A program made the position numbers and the translations under genes. Positions 53,416 through 63,360 of a stretch of 64,000 bases of DNA are shown piece after piece. A model generated the notes under the pieces. The model made no database searches, was not told the origin of the DNA, and was given only the letters and a program-made list of their open reading frames with translations. The stretch lies in the IMG/VR virus record IMGVR_UViG_3300045391_005020, one strand, 5' to 3'. This DNA comes from a virus. Taxonomy: Duplodnaviria; Caudoviricetes. Each line of letters opens with the position of its first letter. Positions within the stretch are counted from its first letter, which is position 1.

Positions 53416-55761
53416 TTATCCGCAAAACACTTGAATGGAGAGCAACAGCCCGAGGTCGGATCCGAGTTCGCTCGGGACGACGTCGACATCGACTTCGTTG
53501 TTGGCATTGTCGAGCGTCACCGTGACCTTGTTCGAACCCGCGTTGATATTGCGGAATTCCAGGTCGTAGACGTTCTTCTGCTTGAAGAGCCCGACTCCAC
53601 CCACGCCCACATTCGAAGCCGTGTTGGCTTCGCCGCCGGCTGCGCCTGGTGCAGTGGTCCAGGTACCATTGGCGTTCAGGAACTTGTTCGCCGCGGCGTC
53701 GCCCGCCGCTGGAGCCGGAACGTCGCCCTTAACGCCACCCGATCCAGAGTCGCCCACGAAGGTCGACAGATTTGCTTCCGCAACGTCGATATCGATCTCG
53801 TTGTTGCCGGAATCGTTCGTGACTGTGATCTTGCTCGATCCAGCGTTGATACCGCGGAACTCGAGGTTGACCCCGGTCTTCTGTTTGAAGACGCCTACGC
53901 CGGCGGTGTTGACGTTCGATGCGGTGTTGGTTTCGCCGGTATTCGTGTCGGCCTGCTGGTTCGCCGCGGTCGCAGGGTGGGTGTGCCCAACTGTCTGGAC
54001 CAACGTCACGACGACTCGATCGCTGACGAGAGACCAGGTTACGTTGTGGGAGTGAGCTGAAGTCGTCGAGCTGGCCTTCACGACCGGCGTGCCGCTGATG
54101 ACCGTCGCGGCTTCCGCTTCGGTCAGGGACACCGTGTGAGTGTGACCTGCGCCGCCATCGGAAAGGATCACGTACTGCCATTGGCTGACGAGACCCATGT
54201 TGGCTGGCACGACATCGATATCGATTTCGCTGTTGCCGGTGTCGTCCGTAACGGTGACTTTGGACGAGCCCGCGTTGATTTTCTTGAACTCGAGATTGAC
54301 GCCCGTCTTCTGCTTGAACGGACCGACTCCAGCCGTGCCGACGTTCGACGCGGTGTTGACTTCGCCACCACCTGGCGCCGACGAGAATGTCGGTGCCGCA
54401 CTAGCGCCACCGCTGGTCAGCACAGTTCCGGTTGCCCCGAGCGCGAGCTCCTGAACGTTGCCAGAACCGTCGCTGTAGAACAGCTTCCAGTTGTTGGCAG
54501 TCAGGCTCGTGATCGCTCCCGAGAAGGCCGCGGTCACGTTGATGCGATTGTTGAGCGAATCGTCCGTAACGGTGAAGCCGGTACCGAAGTTGATGATCGG
54601 GCGACGGCCGGTCAGAACGGCCGAGCTCAATACGTCGACACCGAGCCACGTGAGGGCCCGGTCAGCGGTCAGGTCGCCACCGCCCGACAGGTAGCCGCTG
54701 GTGCCGATGACACGCGTGTTCGGGACTGCGTTCGAGCCAGTGAGGTCAAGGGCACCCCAGACATTTCCGGTATTGGAAGCGTTGCGCTGCAGAACCTGGT
54801 AGGCCGAGGTCGCGCCAGAAATATCGTCGGGCGTCAGCGCGCGGTAGCTAACCGGCGTGCTTGCACTGGTACCACTGATCAGAGCGTAGCGGGCCGGCAG
54901 GCTGGCGCCGCTGGCTCCGGTGCCGCCGCGTGCGCGAGATAGCAATCCGGTCGTGATCTGGGTCGCATCAAGTTCGAGCTCGTCGTCGCCACCGGCTTCG
55001 TGGGTTTCGGCGTGTTCTGCCGGAGTAAAACCGGAAGGTGCGCCATCGATGTCGCTGAACGGAATCGTGGCCGAGAATGTCGGGGTACCCGACGCCCACT
55101 TCACGTATCCATCGGCCGTGGTGAGGTCCAGCCCGAAGCCGCCGCGCACTGGCGGGATCGTGCCAGTCTGGATGTCGGCCGCGTCGAGGGCGCGCCAGTC
55201 CGGAATGCCCGCCGCGTTCAGGGGAGCGGCCAGAACCATCTTGGCCGCTTGGCTGACGGTCAGCTTCTGGTGTTGGTCGTAGGTGAAGTGGTAGTGGTCG
55301 CCGATGTCGCCGCCCAGGAGGCCCAGCATGGTCTCGTGGTTCACGGCCGCAGACAGGTCCTGCCAGGATCCGCCCAGGTACAGTTGGAAGATCTGGGCAT
55401 CGAGGTTGTAGAGGACCCAGCCTTCGGACGGCGCCTGGGTTTCCCAAGCGGTACCGGACCACTGGTTGATCGAATCGTCGGTCGAGAGGATGTAGCGATC
55501 GCCGGTGCTCGGGCTGCCCGGTAGAGAGCCTACGATCGACAGAACGGCACCCTGCCAACCCATGTCGCCCGCATTCTTCCTGACCCACTCCCGCGTGGTC
55601 AGGTCGGCATCCGCGAGGGGCGCAACTCCTTGCTGGGGCTGGGTAAACGGAGTCGAGCCGTCGGTCCTGACGACCGAGAGCGGGAGAACCTGGGGATCGA
55701 GATCTTGGTTGCCGACCTGTTTGAGATCGGTTCCCTGGAAGGAGACTGGGCGTACCGGCAT
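53416..55761 (-). CDS. Tail fibre protein with DUF2793-like N-terminal module and three ~52-aa repeats
   Basis: PGSPSTGDRYIL...WSGTAW...PSEGW module; GE.NTASNV...FKQK..V.LEF..INAGS.K.TVT.D..N.E(I/V)D(I/V)DV x3. Confidence 0.7.
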   Translation of the reverse strand: MPVRPVSFQGTDLKQVGNQDLDPQVLPLSVVRTDGSTPFTQPQQGVAPLADADLTTREWVRKNAGDMGWQGAVLSIVGSLPGSPSTGDRYILSTDDSINQWSGTAWETQAPSEGWVLYNLDAQIFQLYLGGSWQDLSAAVNHETMLGLLGGDIGDHYHFTYDQHQKLTVSQAAKMVLAAPLNAAGIPDWRALDAADIQTGTIPPVRGGFGLDLTTADGYVKWASGTPTFSATIPFSDIDGAPSGFTPAEHAETHEAGGDDELELDATQITTGLLSRARGGTGASGASLPARYALISGTSASTPVSYRALTPDDISGATSAYQVLQRNASNTGNVWGALDLTGSNAVPNTRVIGTSGYLSGGGDLTADRALTWLGVDVLSSAVLTGRRPIINFGTGFTVTDDSLNNRINVTAAFSGAITSLTANNWKLFYSDGSGNVQELALGATGTVLTSGGASAAPTFSSAPGGGEVNTASNVGTAGVGPFKQKTGVNLEFKKINAGSSKVTVTDDTGNSEIDIDVVPANMGLVSQWQYVILSDGGAGHTHTVSLTEAEAATVISGTPVVKASSTTSAHSHNVTWSLVSDRVVVTLVQTVGHTHPATAANQQADTNTGETNTASNVNTAGVGVFKQKTGVNLEFRGINAGSSKITVTNDSGNNEIDIDVAEANLSTFVGDSGSGGVKGDVPAPAAGDAAANKFLNANGTWTTAPGAAGGEANTASNVGVGGVGLFKQKNVYDLEFRNINAGSNKVTVTLDNANNEVDVDVVPSELGSDLGLLLSIQVFCG

Positions 55762-55823
55762 ACGGAAAAATTACGCCGTAACAACCCGTTTGCCAGCGGA
55801 GTAAGAGCCGTTATGTCTTCAGG

Positions 55824-56219
55824 TTAGCCTTGCGGTGCGTCCGGGTAGGGGCCCATGTCGCCGTAGTCTGGACCGTCATCTTCCGGATCGAACTCGTCCT
55901 CGCGGTACTCGTCATCCTCGATGGTTTCGATCAGGTGACGGATCTGGATTAGACCCATGATCTCGCGGATCTCGCGATCCGGAATGCCCTTCTCGCGGGC
56001 ACCGTGGAGCAGCGCGTTGATCGTGTACGTGAGCGCGTACAGGCAGTCTGCTTCGTCACCGTGGTAGAACTTCCCGATCAGGCACTGGTCAGTTCCGGTG
56101 GTTTCATCCTGGCGGACGATCCCCATCGCGACCGCGATCTCACGCTTCATCAATTCGTCGATCAACTGGTCGGTGTGGACCATCGCCAAGTTGGGCGCAG
56201 GAGGGGGCGTAAGGTCCAC
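55824..56219 (-). CDS. Hypothetical acidic protein
   Basis: 131 aa, co-transcribed with the phosphoesterase. Confidence 0.55.
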   Translation of the reverse strand: MDLTPPPAPNLAMVHTDQLIDELMKREIAVAMGIVRQDETTGTDQCLIGKFYHGDEADCLYALTYTINALLHGAREKGIPDREIREIMGLIQIRHLIETIEDDEYREDEFDPEDDGPDYGDMGPYPDAPQG

Positions 56220-56221
56220 GG

Positions 56222-57472
56222 TTATTCCACGTACAGCTGGCCCGACATGGTCTTGCCGCGGACCGCATCGATCCAGAAGCAGGCCTGGCGGGGAGGTTCG
56301 TACGCGGCGCCGATGTTGAGCGCGAACGCGTTGTAGCCGATCAACGAGCCGTTCGAGATGAAGTTGCCGCCGTCGATCAGCTGGTGGAAGTGACCGAACA
56401 CGTCGAGCTCAGCCGGCTTCGCCGAACCGGAGTTCCAGTTCGCGATCTTCTTGCGGACTGGGATCGTGATTCCGCCAACACCCCCGCCGTACCCGATCGC
56501 GTCACCGTGATGGAAACGCACGCGATGGCCGAACAAGTCGACGTTGACGTGGTAGCCCTCGGCGATGTGCCAATCGAGACGCTTCTCGGATTTCCACTCC
56601 TTCTGCATCGTACGATACAGGAGGTATTCGAAGCTGTTGTCAGCTCCGGTGTGGATTCGCGACTTCGGGGTGGTGCGGCCGTGATTGCCGTAACTGCACG
56701 GCAAAATCAGCTTTTTCAGGTTTCCGTTCTTGAGAATGTATTCGATACCGGCGCCCAGCAGTTCCTGACCGAACAGGACTGCCTTGGACGGCGACATGTG
56801 ATTCGACTCCATCAACTCTTCGTGGATGTAGCCAGTAATGATGTCGCCCAGGATCGCCAACACCGCGGTGTCGCACTTCCCGACGTGCCGCCACGCGTCG
56901 AGCATGAACACGTAGCTTTGGAAGAACTTCTTGGCGCGGGCTTCCGCGATCTCGGGGTTGTACTCGTTCTCGTAGCCCGGAACTGACTCCGGTGTGACGT
57001 CTTCTTCGATGTGCCAGTCGGAGGCGACGCCGCAGAAGATACCCTGTCCGTCCGAGTCGTTGTAGGATGGGATCGAGAGGCGGCGCCGGGCACCCTGGCC
57101 TTCCTCGATGTCGAGCATGAGGTTCAGGCGATCCCTGAGTTCCTCGTTCTCCTTCTCGGACTCCTTGAGCTTGAGAGCCGCGTCCTTCTTCTCAGTTTCG
57201 ACGGCCCGCACTTTTCGGTCCGCGGCCAACAGTTCAGCCGGAGCGATTTCACGCTTTACGATCTGGACCTTGGTCTTCTTCGATTCGGCCTTCGCGCGGG
57301 CCTTGGTGGAGGACTTGCTCGGGGTCAGCCCATAGACGTTGATGGCGCGGTCGTGACGGTCTGCCAACGTACGACGCGGGATTCCAAGCTCCCGCGCAGC
57401 GAGCGTTACCGAACCAGTCTTTTCAACGTAATCGAGGGCTTCCTGGCAAATGGACTTGTCGTCTTTTGTCAT
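56222..57472 (-). CDS. Calcineurin-like metallophosphoesterase with N-terminal HTH and coiled coil
   Basis: SDWH, LGD, GNHG, HHGD, GHFH motifs; SVTLAARELGIPRRTL HTH. Confidence 0.8.
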   Translation of the reverse strand: MTKDDKSICQEALDYVEKTGSVTLAARELGIPRRTLADRHDRAINVYGLTPSKSSTKARAKAESKKTKVQIVKREIAPAELLAADRKVRAVETEKKDAALKLKESEKENEELRDRLNLMLDIEEGQGARRRLSIPSYNDSDGQGIFCGVASDWHIEEDVTPESVPGYENEYNPEIAEARAKKFFQSYVFMLDAWRHVGKCDTAVLAILGDIITGYIHEELMESNHMSPSKAVLFGQELLGAGIEYILKNGNLKKLILPCSYGNHGRTTPKSRIHTGADNSFEYLLYRTMQKEWKSEKRLDWHIAEGYHVNVDLFGHRVRFHHGDAIGYGGGVGGITIPVRKKIANWNSGSAKPAELDVFGHFHQLIDGGNFISNGSLIGYNAFALNIGAAYEPPRQACFWIDAVRGKTMSGQLYVE

Positions 57473-57484
57473 GCAGACAGGACT

Positions 57485-57524
57485 GTAACAAATCCATTGT
57501 TACGATCCAGTCAAATCTATTGTC
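57485..57524. promoter_or_regulatory. Tandem operator-like boxes in the divergent promoter region
   Basis: Palindrome GTAACAA-ATCCA-TTGTTAC, then AGTCAAATCTATTGTC (identical to 47592-47607). Confidence 0.6.
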
Positions 57525-57573
57525 TTGATTTAACCACGGGAAAACATACCCTCCCGGGATCAAACGGAGCACT

Positions 57574-58239
57574 ATGCAATACCCTATTATTGGCTGTCTC
57601 GGCCGCGCCAGGGCCGGGAAAGGCACCCTCGCGAGCATCATCACCGACTGGGCGCGTCAAAATGGCTGCCCCAGCCAAATCATCAGTTTCGCCGACCCCA
57701 TCAAGGATTTCCTGACCACCATGGTCGGCGACTCCAGGCCCTTCCGAGGGAACGACCAGGAACGCAATTCCCCGCTGACCGCTTTCCCCTGGCGCTCCTT
57801 TCAGGAGCCGATCTTGGCCGCCGCTCGTCGGATCGGGATCCCGGAAGAGGTCATCGAAAGCGGCGCTCCGACGGGCCGTCAGCTCATGCAGGTCTTCGGG
57901 ACCGACATCATGCGCAATCAGTTCTACGACCGGATCTGGATCCAGATCGCCGCCAACCGGGCCAAGCAATTTGCTGGTATCACCATCGTGGACGACGTCC
58001 GGTTTCCCAACGAGGCCTTACCGCCCAGCGCAGGCGGATTCTTTACCAACGTCTACAAGCTGACCCGGGCCTCGGTTCCCAAGCTCGACCACGCGTCCGA
58101 GACCGCAGTTGATCTGGTGCCAGCTGAGCACATCGCCCATACATTCGCGAACGACTACACGATCGCGCACATGGCCGAAGATGCTCAGACGCTGTTGAAT
58201 CGGACGTTCTATCCGATCTGCCAACGCGCGGCCGGCTGA
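57574..58239 (+). CDS. Deoxynucleoside monophosphate kinase
   Basis: P-loop GRARAGKGT, SFADPIK, RQLMQVFGTDIMR, DDVRFPNE, HASE (T4 gp1-like dNMP kinase motifs). Confidence 0.85.
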   Translation: MQYPIIGCLGRARAGKGTLASIITDWARQNGCPSQIISFADPIKDFLTTMVGDSRPFRGNDQERNSPLTAFPWRSFQEPILAAARRIGIPEEVIESGAPTGRQLMQVFGTDIMRNQFYDRIWIQIAANRAKQFAGITIVDDVRFPNEALPPSAGGFFTNVYKLTRASVPKLDHASETAVDLVPAEHIAHTFANDYTIAHMAEDAQTLLNRTFYPICQRAAG

Positions 58240-58256
58240 TCAGGTCCCTACGTAGG

Positions 58257-58300
58257 TAAAACAGAAGAGCCCGGGGAAATCCCCGGGCTCTTCTGTTTTA
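58257..58300. terminator. Bidirectional rho-independent terminator between convergent genes
   Basis: Perfect inverted repeat with 21-bp arms: TAAAACAGAAGAGCCCGGGGA-AA-TCCCCGGGCTCTTCTGTTTTA. Confidence 0.9.
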
Positions 58301-58552
58301 TTCGAGCGCTACCTGCCGGTATTTTCCGGCCTGAACCGTCGCAAGATCCACGGTAGCGATCCGTGCCTTGCCGTCGACGCTGCTTCGCATGCCAGTGCGC
58401 GCTGTGACGATTGGCGGCATAAGCGCCGCCCAGGGTACGCCATCAAACCAAAATTTCTCGGAGCGGCCGTCCTGGTTCGATACCTGGATGCCGCTAAACG
58501 GCACGCCGTCGAACCAGAATTTCTCACTGCCGTTGGGGTCTTGGTAGCTCAT
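58298..58552 (-). CDS. Small spike-associated protein (84 aa)
   Basis: ATG overlaps the upstream TGA; SEKFWFDGVP x2; C-terminal motif shared with 61262 and 63428. Confidence 0.6.
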   Translation of the reverse strand: MSYQDPNGSEKFWFDGVPFSGIQVSNQDGRSEKFWFDGVPWAALMPPIVTARTGMRSSVDGKARIATVDLATVQAGKYRQVALE

Positions 58553-60975
58553 CAGGGGCCCCAGTCGTCGACGTTGATCCATCCGGTGGTGCCGTCGCAG
58601 TCGACCATGAACTCGAGGACACCGTGATCAGTGACCGACGGCGATGTTCCCGTAAGGATCACGAAGGCACCGTTTGCCGCGTTCGTTGCGGTCGCCAGCA
58701 CCACATCTGAGTTGATCCCGAGCGCCGCATTGGCTTTCAGGATCAGACGCGGCTGGTTGCCGTTATACGCCGTACCGTCGCCCACAACGGACTTGCGGAC
58801 CTTGACCGAGACCGAGGCTGTACCGCCGCTCGAGACAGCCATCTGTTTAGCGCGGGGATACGCGTACTTGTTCGACGCATTATTCGGCGTCATCCGAGCA
58901 GACGGCGAGGCCGTCGCGAAGATTGAGGTATCGATCGTCATGGTGCCGTATTTCGACCATGACCGGTGGTTGTTCACCGTCGCATCGTGTTTCTGTGAGG
59001 TGATGGTCGATAGCGGAGACAGGAGAGCCTGACCGCTGATCTCCGTGGTCGAACTGAATCGGCAATTGCGGAACCTCGCGTCCACTACCGCGAGAGTGCC
59101 TGATCCGTCATCAGCTATTTGCAGGTCAGCCGTAGCGTGAGTCTGACTAACGCCCATGTTCACCATGTCGAATACGACGTTGACCAAGCAGCTGCGTGAA
59201 CGGATGCTGATGCCAACGGGCTGCAACACCGTTACGCCCGCATCAATGGCGATGTTTTTGAATGAGCAATTCGCCACGGTGGCGTTGGTAAAGGCGATAC
59301 CCGCTGTGCTGTTTCCGAACAGCGTAGCTCCGTTTATGGTGATATTGTGGAATTGCGCATTAGGCGCAGACCCGCTGCCATTGAACGCGATTTGACCACT
59401 CGATCCCCGCCATCCCGTGAAGTTCGTGATGGTGAAATTCGAGATACTGGGGGTGCTGCCGCCAGCCGGAACACCGAGCATGATGCCGCTAGCGCACGAG
59501 TGAGCTAGATTGTTATTGAAGGTAATGCTGGAGCCATCGGACATCGTGAAGTTATAGCCCGAACCGTTGCCGTCACAGATCGAACGATTACCCGTGATGA
59601 CGTGAGCAAAGACGCTGGTAACTTGCATGCAGTGATTGCGGGCCGCTGACACGATGTTGTTAGTGATCGTCGAAGCGAACGAAGTACTAGCCAGAATAGA
59701 ACCGTTGTGATTGGTTCCGCTCGCCTCACTCATGACAGCGCATCCGGTCACTGTCGAGAATTGAGCGACTTCATTGGTCATGTTGCCCGTCGAGTCGGTG
59801 TCGTGGAACACGCAACCGCTCATCGAGCTTCCGCTCAATCCGGACATCCCGCCGCAGAAGTAGAACTCGGTGTTGTTCAACGAATAGTTTCGGTTGTTCC
59901 CAATCGAAAACGCGATCGCAGCCGACGTACCGTGGATCTTCACATTACGCTGGAGATTGACGACCTCGCAACGTGTCGGCGCAGTTCCCGAGTGGGCGAA
60001 AGTAAGGCCCGCCGTGATCGTTGCCGTCGTGGTCGTCACGTCGGCAGATAAGACTTTCTTCTCGAAACTCGAACCCGTGCTTGGTGCTATGGCGATGGTA
60101 TCGCCACTCTTCCAGCCGGTCGGAACAGAATCGAGGGTAAGAGAAGTCGCACTGGACGCCGCATCAGCCGCCAGCGAGACGTAGAGAGTACGCGCCGCGC
60201 CGTAGGTCGTCAGTGTGCCGCTGCCGCCGTCAAAACCGAAGTCCTGCGACGAGGCATTAACGAACCACAGCTCTGCCGTTGAAGTTGATGGAATAGGATT
60301 GGCGAGGTTGCCCATGCGCAACTCACCGCCGTAGAAGCCGAAATTAGCGTTCGTCTTGAACAGGTACGCTGTCGATGCCGCAATGCCGTAATTAAGCAAT
60401 CCGCCATATCCAACCATACTGCGGCCCCATACCGTCGAGGCCGTGTTATCCATCGTAACCGTGAAACTGGTCAACGTATTCGTGTTGTCGAGTTCACCCA
60501 CCGTGAACAAGCTGTCGCCGGAAGCGGCGGTAGCTACATCTGAAGAGTTAAGACGAATCAGTTTGAAGAACTCACTGCCGCCGCTGGTGTGGAAGGTCGA
60601 GTTACCACTAGACGAAGCGCGTACGCGAATCGTCATCGTTGCAAGACCGGTCGAGGTGTACGGTGACGCCCACTTGAAGAAGATCAGCGAAGAGGCAATC
60701 GGCAACGAGGTCGCATTTACGGTAGTCGTAGCAACGACCGATGTGCCATTAAACAATTCAATGGTGATCGTGCCAGTCGTCGATGACTGACGAGCGACCA
60801 TAAGCACGCCGTCAGTGACCTTACCATTCGTGATCGTGAAAGCGGAGGACGATTGGTTGCTCGTCGTGATACTCGTCGAGGAGTTCAGATTCGTCTGCGC
60901 CCCGCCCGTGTCGGCCAAACGCCAACCATTCGTGTCGGTGAAATTAAAGTTTCCGGCTGAAATTAGATTGGCCAT
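58552..60975 (-). CDS. Beta-helix tail spike/adhesin (G8-like + parallel beta-helix)
   Basis: TGWKSGDTIAIA...EVVNLQRNVKIHG followed by Asn-rich beta-helix repeats. Confidence 0.65.
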   Translation of the reverse strand: MANLISAGNFNFTDTNGWRLADTGGAQTNLNSSTSITTSNQSSSAFTITNGKVTDGVLMVARQSSTTGTITIELFNGTSVVATTTVNATSLPIASSLIFFKWASPYTSTGLATMTIRVRASSSGNSTFHTSGGSEFFKLIRLNSSDVATAASGDSLFTVGELDNTNTLTSFTVTMDNTASTVWGRSMVGYGGLLNYGIAASTAYLFKTNANFGFYGGELRMGNLANPIPSTSTAELWFVNASSQDFGFDGGSGTLTTYGAARTLYVSLAADAASSATSLTLDSVPTGWKSGDTIAIAPSTGSSFEKKVLSADVTTTTATITAGLTFAHSGTAPTRCEVVNLQRNVKIHGTSAAIAFSIGNNRNYSLNNTEFYFCGGMSGLSGSSMSGCVFHDTDSTGNMTNEVAQFSTVTGCAVMSEASGTNHNGSILASTSFASTITNNIVSAARNHCMQVTSVFAHVITGNRSICDGNGSGYNFTMSDGSSITFNNNLAHSCASGIMLGVPAGGSTPSISNFTITNFTGWRGSSGQIAFNGSGSAPNAQFHNITINGATLFGNSTAGIAFTNATVANCSFKNIAIDAGVTVLQPVGISIRSRSCLVNVVFDMVNMGVSQTHATADLQIADDGSGTLAVVDARFRNCRFSSTTEISGQALLSPLSTITSQKHDATVNNHRSWSKYGTMTIDTSIFATASPSARMTPNNASNKYAYPRAKQMAVSSGGTASVSVKVRKSVVGDGTAYNGNQPRLILKANAALGINSDVVLATATNAANGAFVILTGTSPSVTDHGVLEFMVDCDGTTGWINVDDWGP

Positions 60976-60978
60976 TGG

Positions 60979-61182
60979 TTATTCCTCTTCCTCGGCCGGT
61001 GCGTCCAATTCCGCAGCTACCGCAGCAGCCACGTCGTCGAGAAAGGCCTGATCAACCGTGAACTTGTCGTACTCGAAATTGAACGAGCGCCGCTCGGTGC
61101 GGTCGCCGTCCGTCATGATGAGGTCGATGTCGAGCGAGTAGCCGAGATCCCGCTCATTCACCCATTCCGCATTCCAAGTCAT
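60979..61182 (-). CDS. Small acidic protein
   Basis: 67 aa, between a promoter and the spike gene. Confidence 0.55.
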   Translation of the reverse strand: MTWNAEWVNERDLGYSLDIDLIMTDGDRTERRSFNFEYDKFTVDQAFLDDVAAAVAAELDAPAEEEE

Positions 61183-61211
61183 TTGTCAGCCTACCAATAC
61201 AGTGAGCCACC

Positions 61212-61255
61212 ATTATAACAGACGGCTTATGGGAATGAAGAATCAGTGCTCTAAG
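61212..61255 (-). promoter_or_regulatory. Extended -10 promoter with upstream CTTAGAGCAC element
   Basis: CTTAGAGCAC-28-TATAAT, with TG at the extended -10 position. Confidence 0.6.
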
Positions 61256-61261
61256 GCCTGG

Positions 61262-63325
61262 TTAGAACTGGCTGAGTTCGATCGAAGTCTCGCCGTAGTG
61301 ACCCTGTTGGGACTTCCCGCGCTTATCGACGGAGACGCGCTTCTTGCCGTCCGTGCCGCGGTTACCCGAGCGAGCCGGGGGCGTGAACCCTCCCGAACGC
61401 GCTGCGAATACCACGTTGGTGTTGCCGTCACCGTCGATCCCATTCGGGGCGTAAAGGGTCTCGCCCGAAAAGACCATGTCGGTGATCGTGCCGGTGCCGA
61501 TGAAGTCAGCGAGTCCGCCAACCTCGATCACACCGTTCACCAGATCGCCGTTCGTGAAGCTGAAGTCACCGTCGACGGTCAGCTTGTTGCCGGACATGCC
61601 AGGTGGGAATGGCGACTCGTTATAGTTGTCAGTGAACGTGGCGTCGACCGCGGTGACGTTCCCCAAAACGTGAAGCTCGGGCACGTAGTCGAAGAACATG
61701 CCGCCGTCCGTAACCGAGAACGACGTGAATTTCGGAACGAAGTTAACCGAGGGCTCCATCCCGGTCGGGTAGGAGCTGAAACCGTTGAAGTAGATGAAGA
61801 CGTCACCGCTGGTTTCAATCGGGGGCCAAACCATGTCGGGATCGCCGCCCTGGACCTCAAAGTACGAGCCTTCGTCGCCGACCGCGGCGATCTTTGCTCC
61901 GGTCGTCCAGGTGATCGTACCCTCGCCGTCATACCCGCCGCTGAGGCGCATGCCGACATCCCGCTGACCGTTATTGTTGAACGTGACGGTCTTGTTACCC
62001 ATCGCGAGCGTGGAACGCGCATTGACCGTGATGTCCTCACCCGCAGTGGTGAGATTGTCTCCAAGGGTCGCGGTGACATCGAAGAAGTTCTGGCCGCCGA
62101 TCTGTAGCCCAGGAACAGCCACGCCGTTCGTGGTGATAGTGCAGTTTCTGTAGATTGCGATATTGACGAAATCCATCGTCATCCCAGCACCGAGCGTGAT
62201 ATCGCCGTACGTGATAGGGCCATTGTAGCTGTTGATATCGAGCAGTCCGGTGAAGCCGGTACACGTCAATGATTTGAACTCTGGTTGTGGGCCGGTCGTG
62301 AAGATCACATCGCCTGGCGCCGATCCGTTGATGACCGCGTGAGTGAGGGCCGTGGGGACGCCGTTAGTCCAGTTTCCGGCTGTGTTCCAGTCGGTATCGA
62401 TCGAGCCAGTCCAGGTGGTCGTTTGAGCCGTGAATACGACGTTGGTGTTTCCACCACCATTGGTGCAGCTGTCAGAAGCGTCGAGGGCAGCGCCGCTGAA
62501 GGTCGCGTACGTGATGGTCGAGTCCGATGCGAACGCCTTGCCTGTGACGTTGAACGTGAAGGCGAAGCCGGTGCCGTCCAGCGTGCAGTTATCGGCAAAG
62601 AAGTTGCCGCCGACCGCAACGGTGTAGTCGAACGTAGCCGTGACGCTGGTCACGTTCGTCAGAGTCATGTTGGCCGAGACGGAGGTGCCTGACCCATCGA
62701 ACAGGAGCGAGCCGCCAGTCTGGGTGTAGGACGAGCAGATAAGGTTTTGCACCGTGACCGCGACGGCGCCCGTGACTACGACAGGAGGCAGAGCGTCAGC
62801 CAAGATGTTCGCCGAGTCACCGGAGAAGATGAACTTACCGCCTTGAATCCAAGTCACCGGCGCTGAGGCCGTGGAGATGACGCTGCCTGATTTGAATGTG
62901 ATGGTGCGCTCATACGTGCTGACCGAAGCGCTGCCGTACGAGTAGAGCTGACACAGCTCCGAGTTATCCATGATCGTCAGGCTACCCGCGTCGATTGCGA
63001 CGTAGTTCAGGCCCGAGGTCAGGGGGACGGCTGGGATCCCGTCGGTAGTCAGGGTTCCGCTCGCATGGTAGGTGAGGGCGTCGATGTAAATGCTCGCGCC
63101 GGCGTCGAGCGTAACGTTGCCGTACGCGTGCAGGTCAGACGCGGTGAAACTCGCCGTGTAGCCAGTGAAGTCGAGTGACAGGAAGCTAGCGGCACCCGTC
63201 GCATCACAGCTCGGTGACGAACCGTTGAACACAGCATCGACCGTCGACGTCGGAACACCGTTGTCCCAGTTCCCGGCGGTGAACCAATTGTTATCGATAG
63301 CGCCAGTGAACGTGGTCGTAGTCAT
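61262..63325 (-). CDS. Acidic beta-solenoid adhesin-like virion protein with internal duplication
   Basis: Two units starting T(F/W)TG.ID..W.TAGNW.NGVPT, each ending G.GNTNVVF.A. Confidence 0.6.
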   Translation of the reverse strand: MTTTTFTGAIDNNWFTAGNWDNGVPTSTVDAVFNGSSPSCDATGAASFLSLDFTGYTASFTASDLHAYGNVTLDAGASIYIDALTYHASGTLTTDGIPAVPLTSGLNYVAIDAGSLTIMDNSELCQLYSYGSASVSTYERTITFKSGSVISTASAPVTWIQGGKFIFSGDSANILADALPPVVVTGAVAVTVQNLICSSYTQTGGSLLFDGSGTSVSANMTLTNVTSVTATFDYTVAVGGNFFADNCTLDGTGFAFTFNVTGKAFASDSTITYATFSGAALDASDSCTNGGGNTNVVFTAQTTTWTGSIDTDWNTAGNWTNGVPTALTHAVINGSAPGDVIFTTGPQPEFKSLTCTGFTGLLDINSYNGPITYGDITLGAGMTMDFVNIAIYRNCTITTNGVAVPGLQIGGQNFFDVTATLGDNLTTAGEDITVNARSTLAMGNKTVTFNNNGQRDVGMRLSGGYDGEGTITWTTGAKIAAVGDEGSYFEVQGGDPDMVWPPIETSGDVFIYFNGFSSYPTGMEPSVNFVPKFTSFSVTDGGMFFDYVPELHVLGNVTAVDATFTDNYNESPFPPGMSGNKLTVDGDFSFTNGDLVNGVIEVGGLADFIGTGTITDMVFSGETLYAPNGIDGDGNTNVVFAARSGGFTPPARSGNRGTDGKKRVSVDKRGKSQQGHYGETSIELSQF

Positions 63326-63360
63326 GATCTGGGTCCTTGCGGGAGGGAATGGGTCCCCTA

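Noticed and set aside
53480-54370. Three ~150-bp imperfect repeats as a possible CRISPR or mobile repeat
   Set aside because: They are in-frame protein repeats of the tail fibre, with no repeat-spacer structure.
58247-58256. CCTACGTAGG palindrome (CTACGTAG also at 29821)
   Set aside because: Only two short copies in dissimilar positions; compatible with chance.
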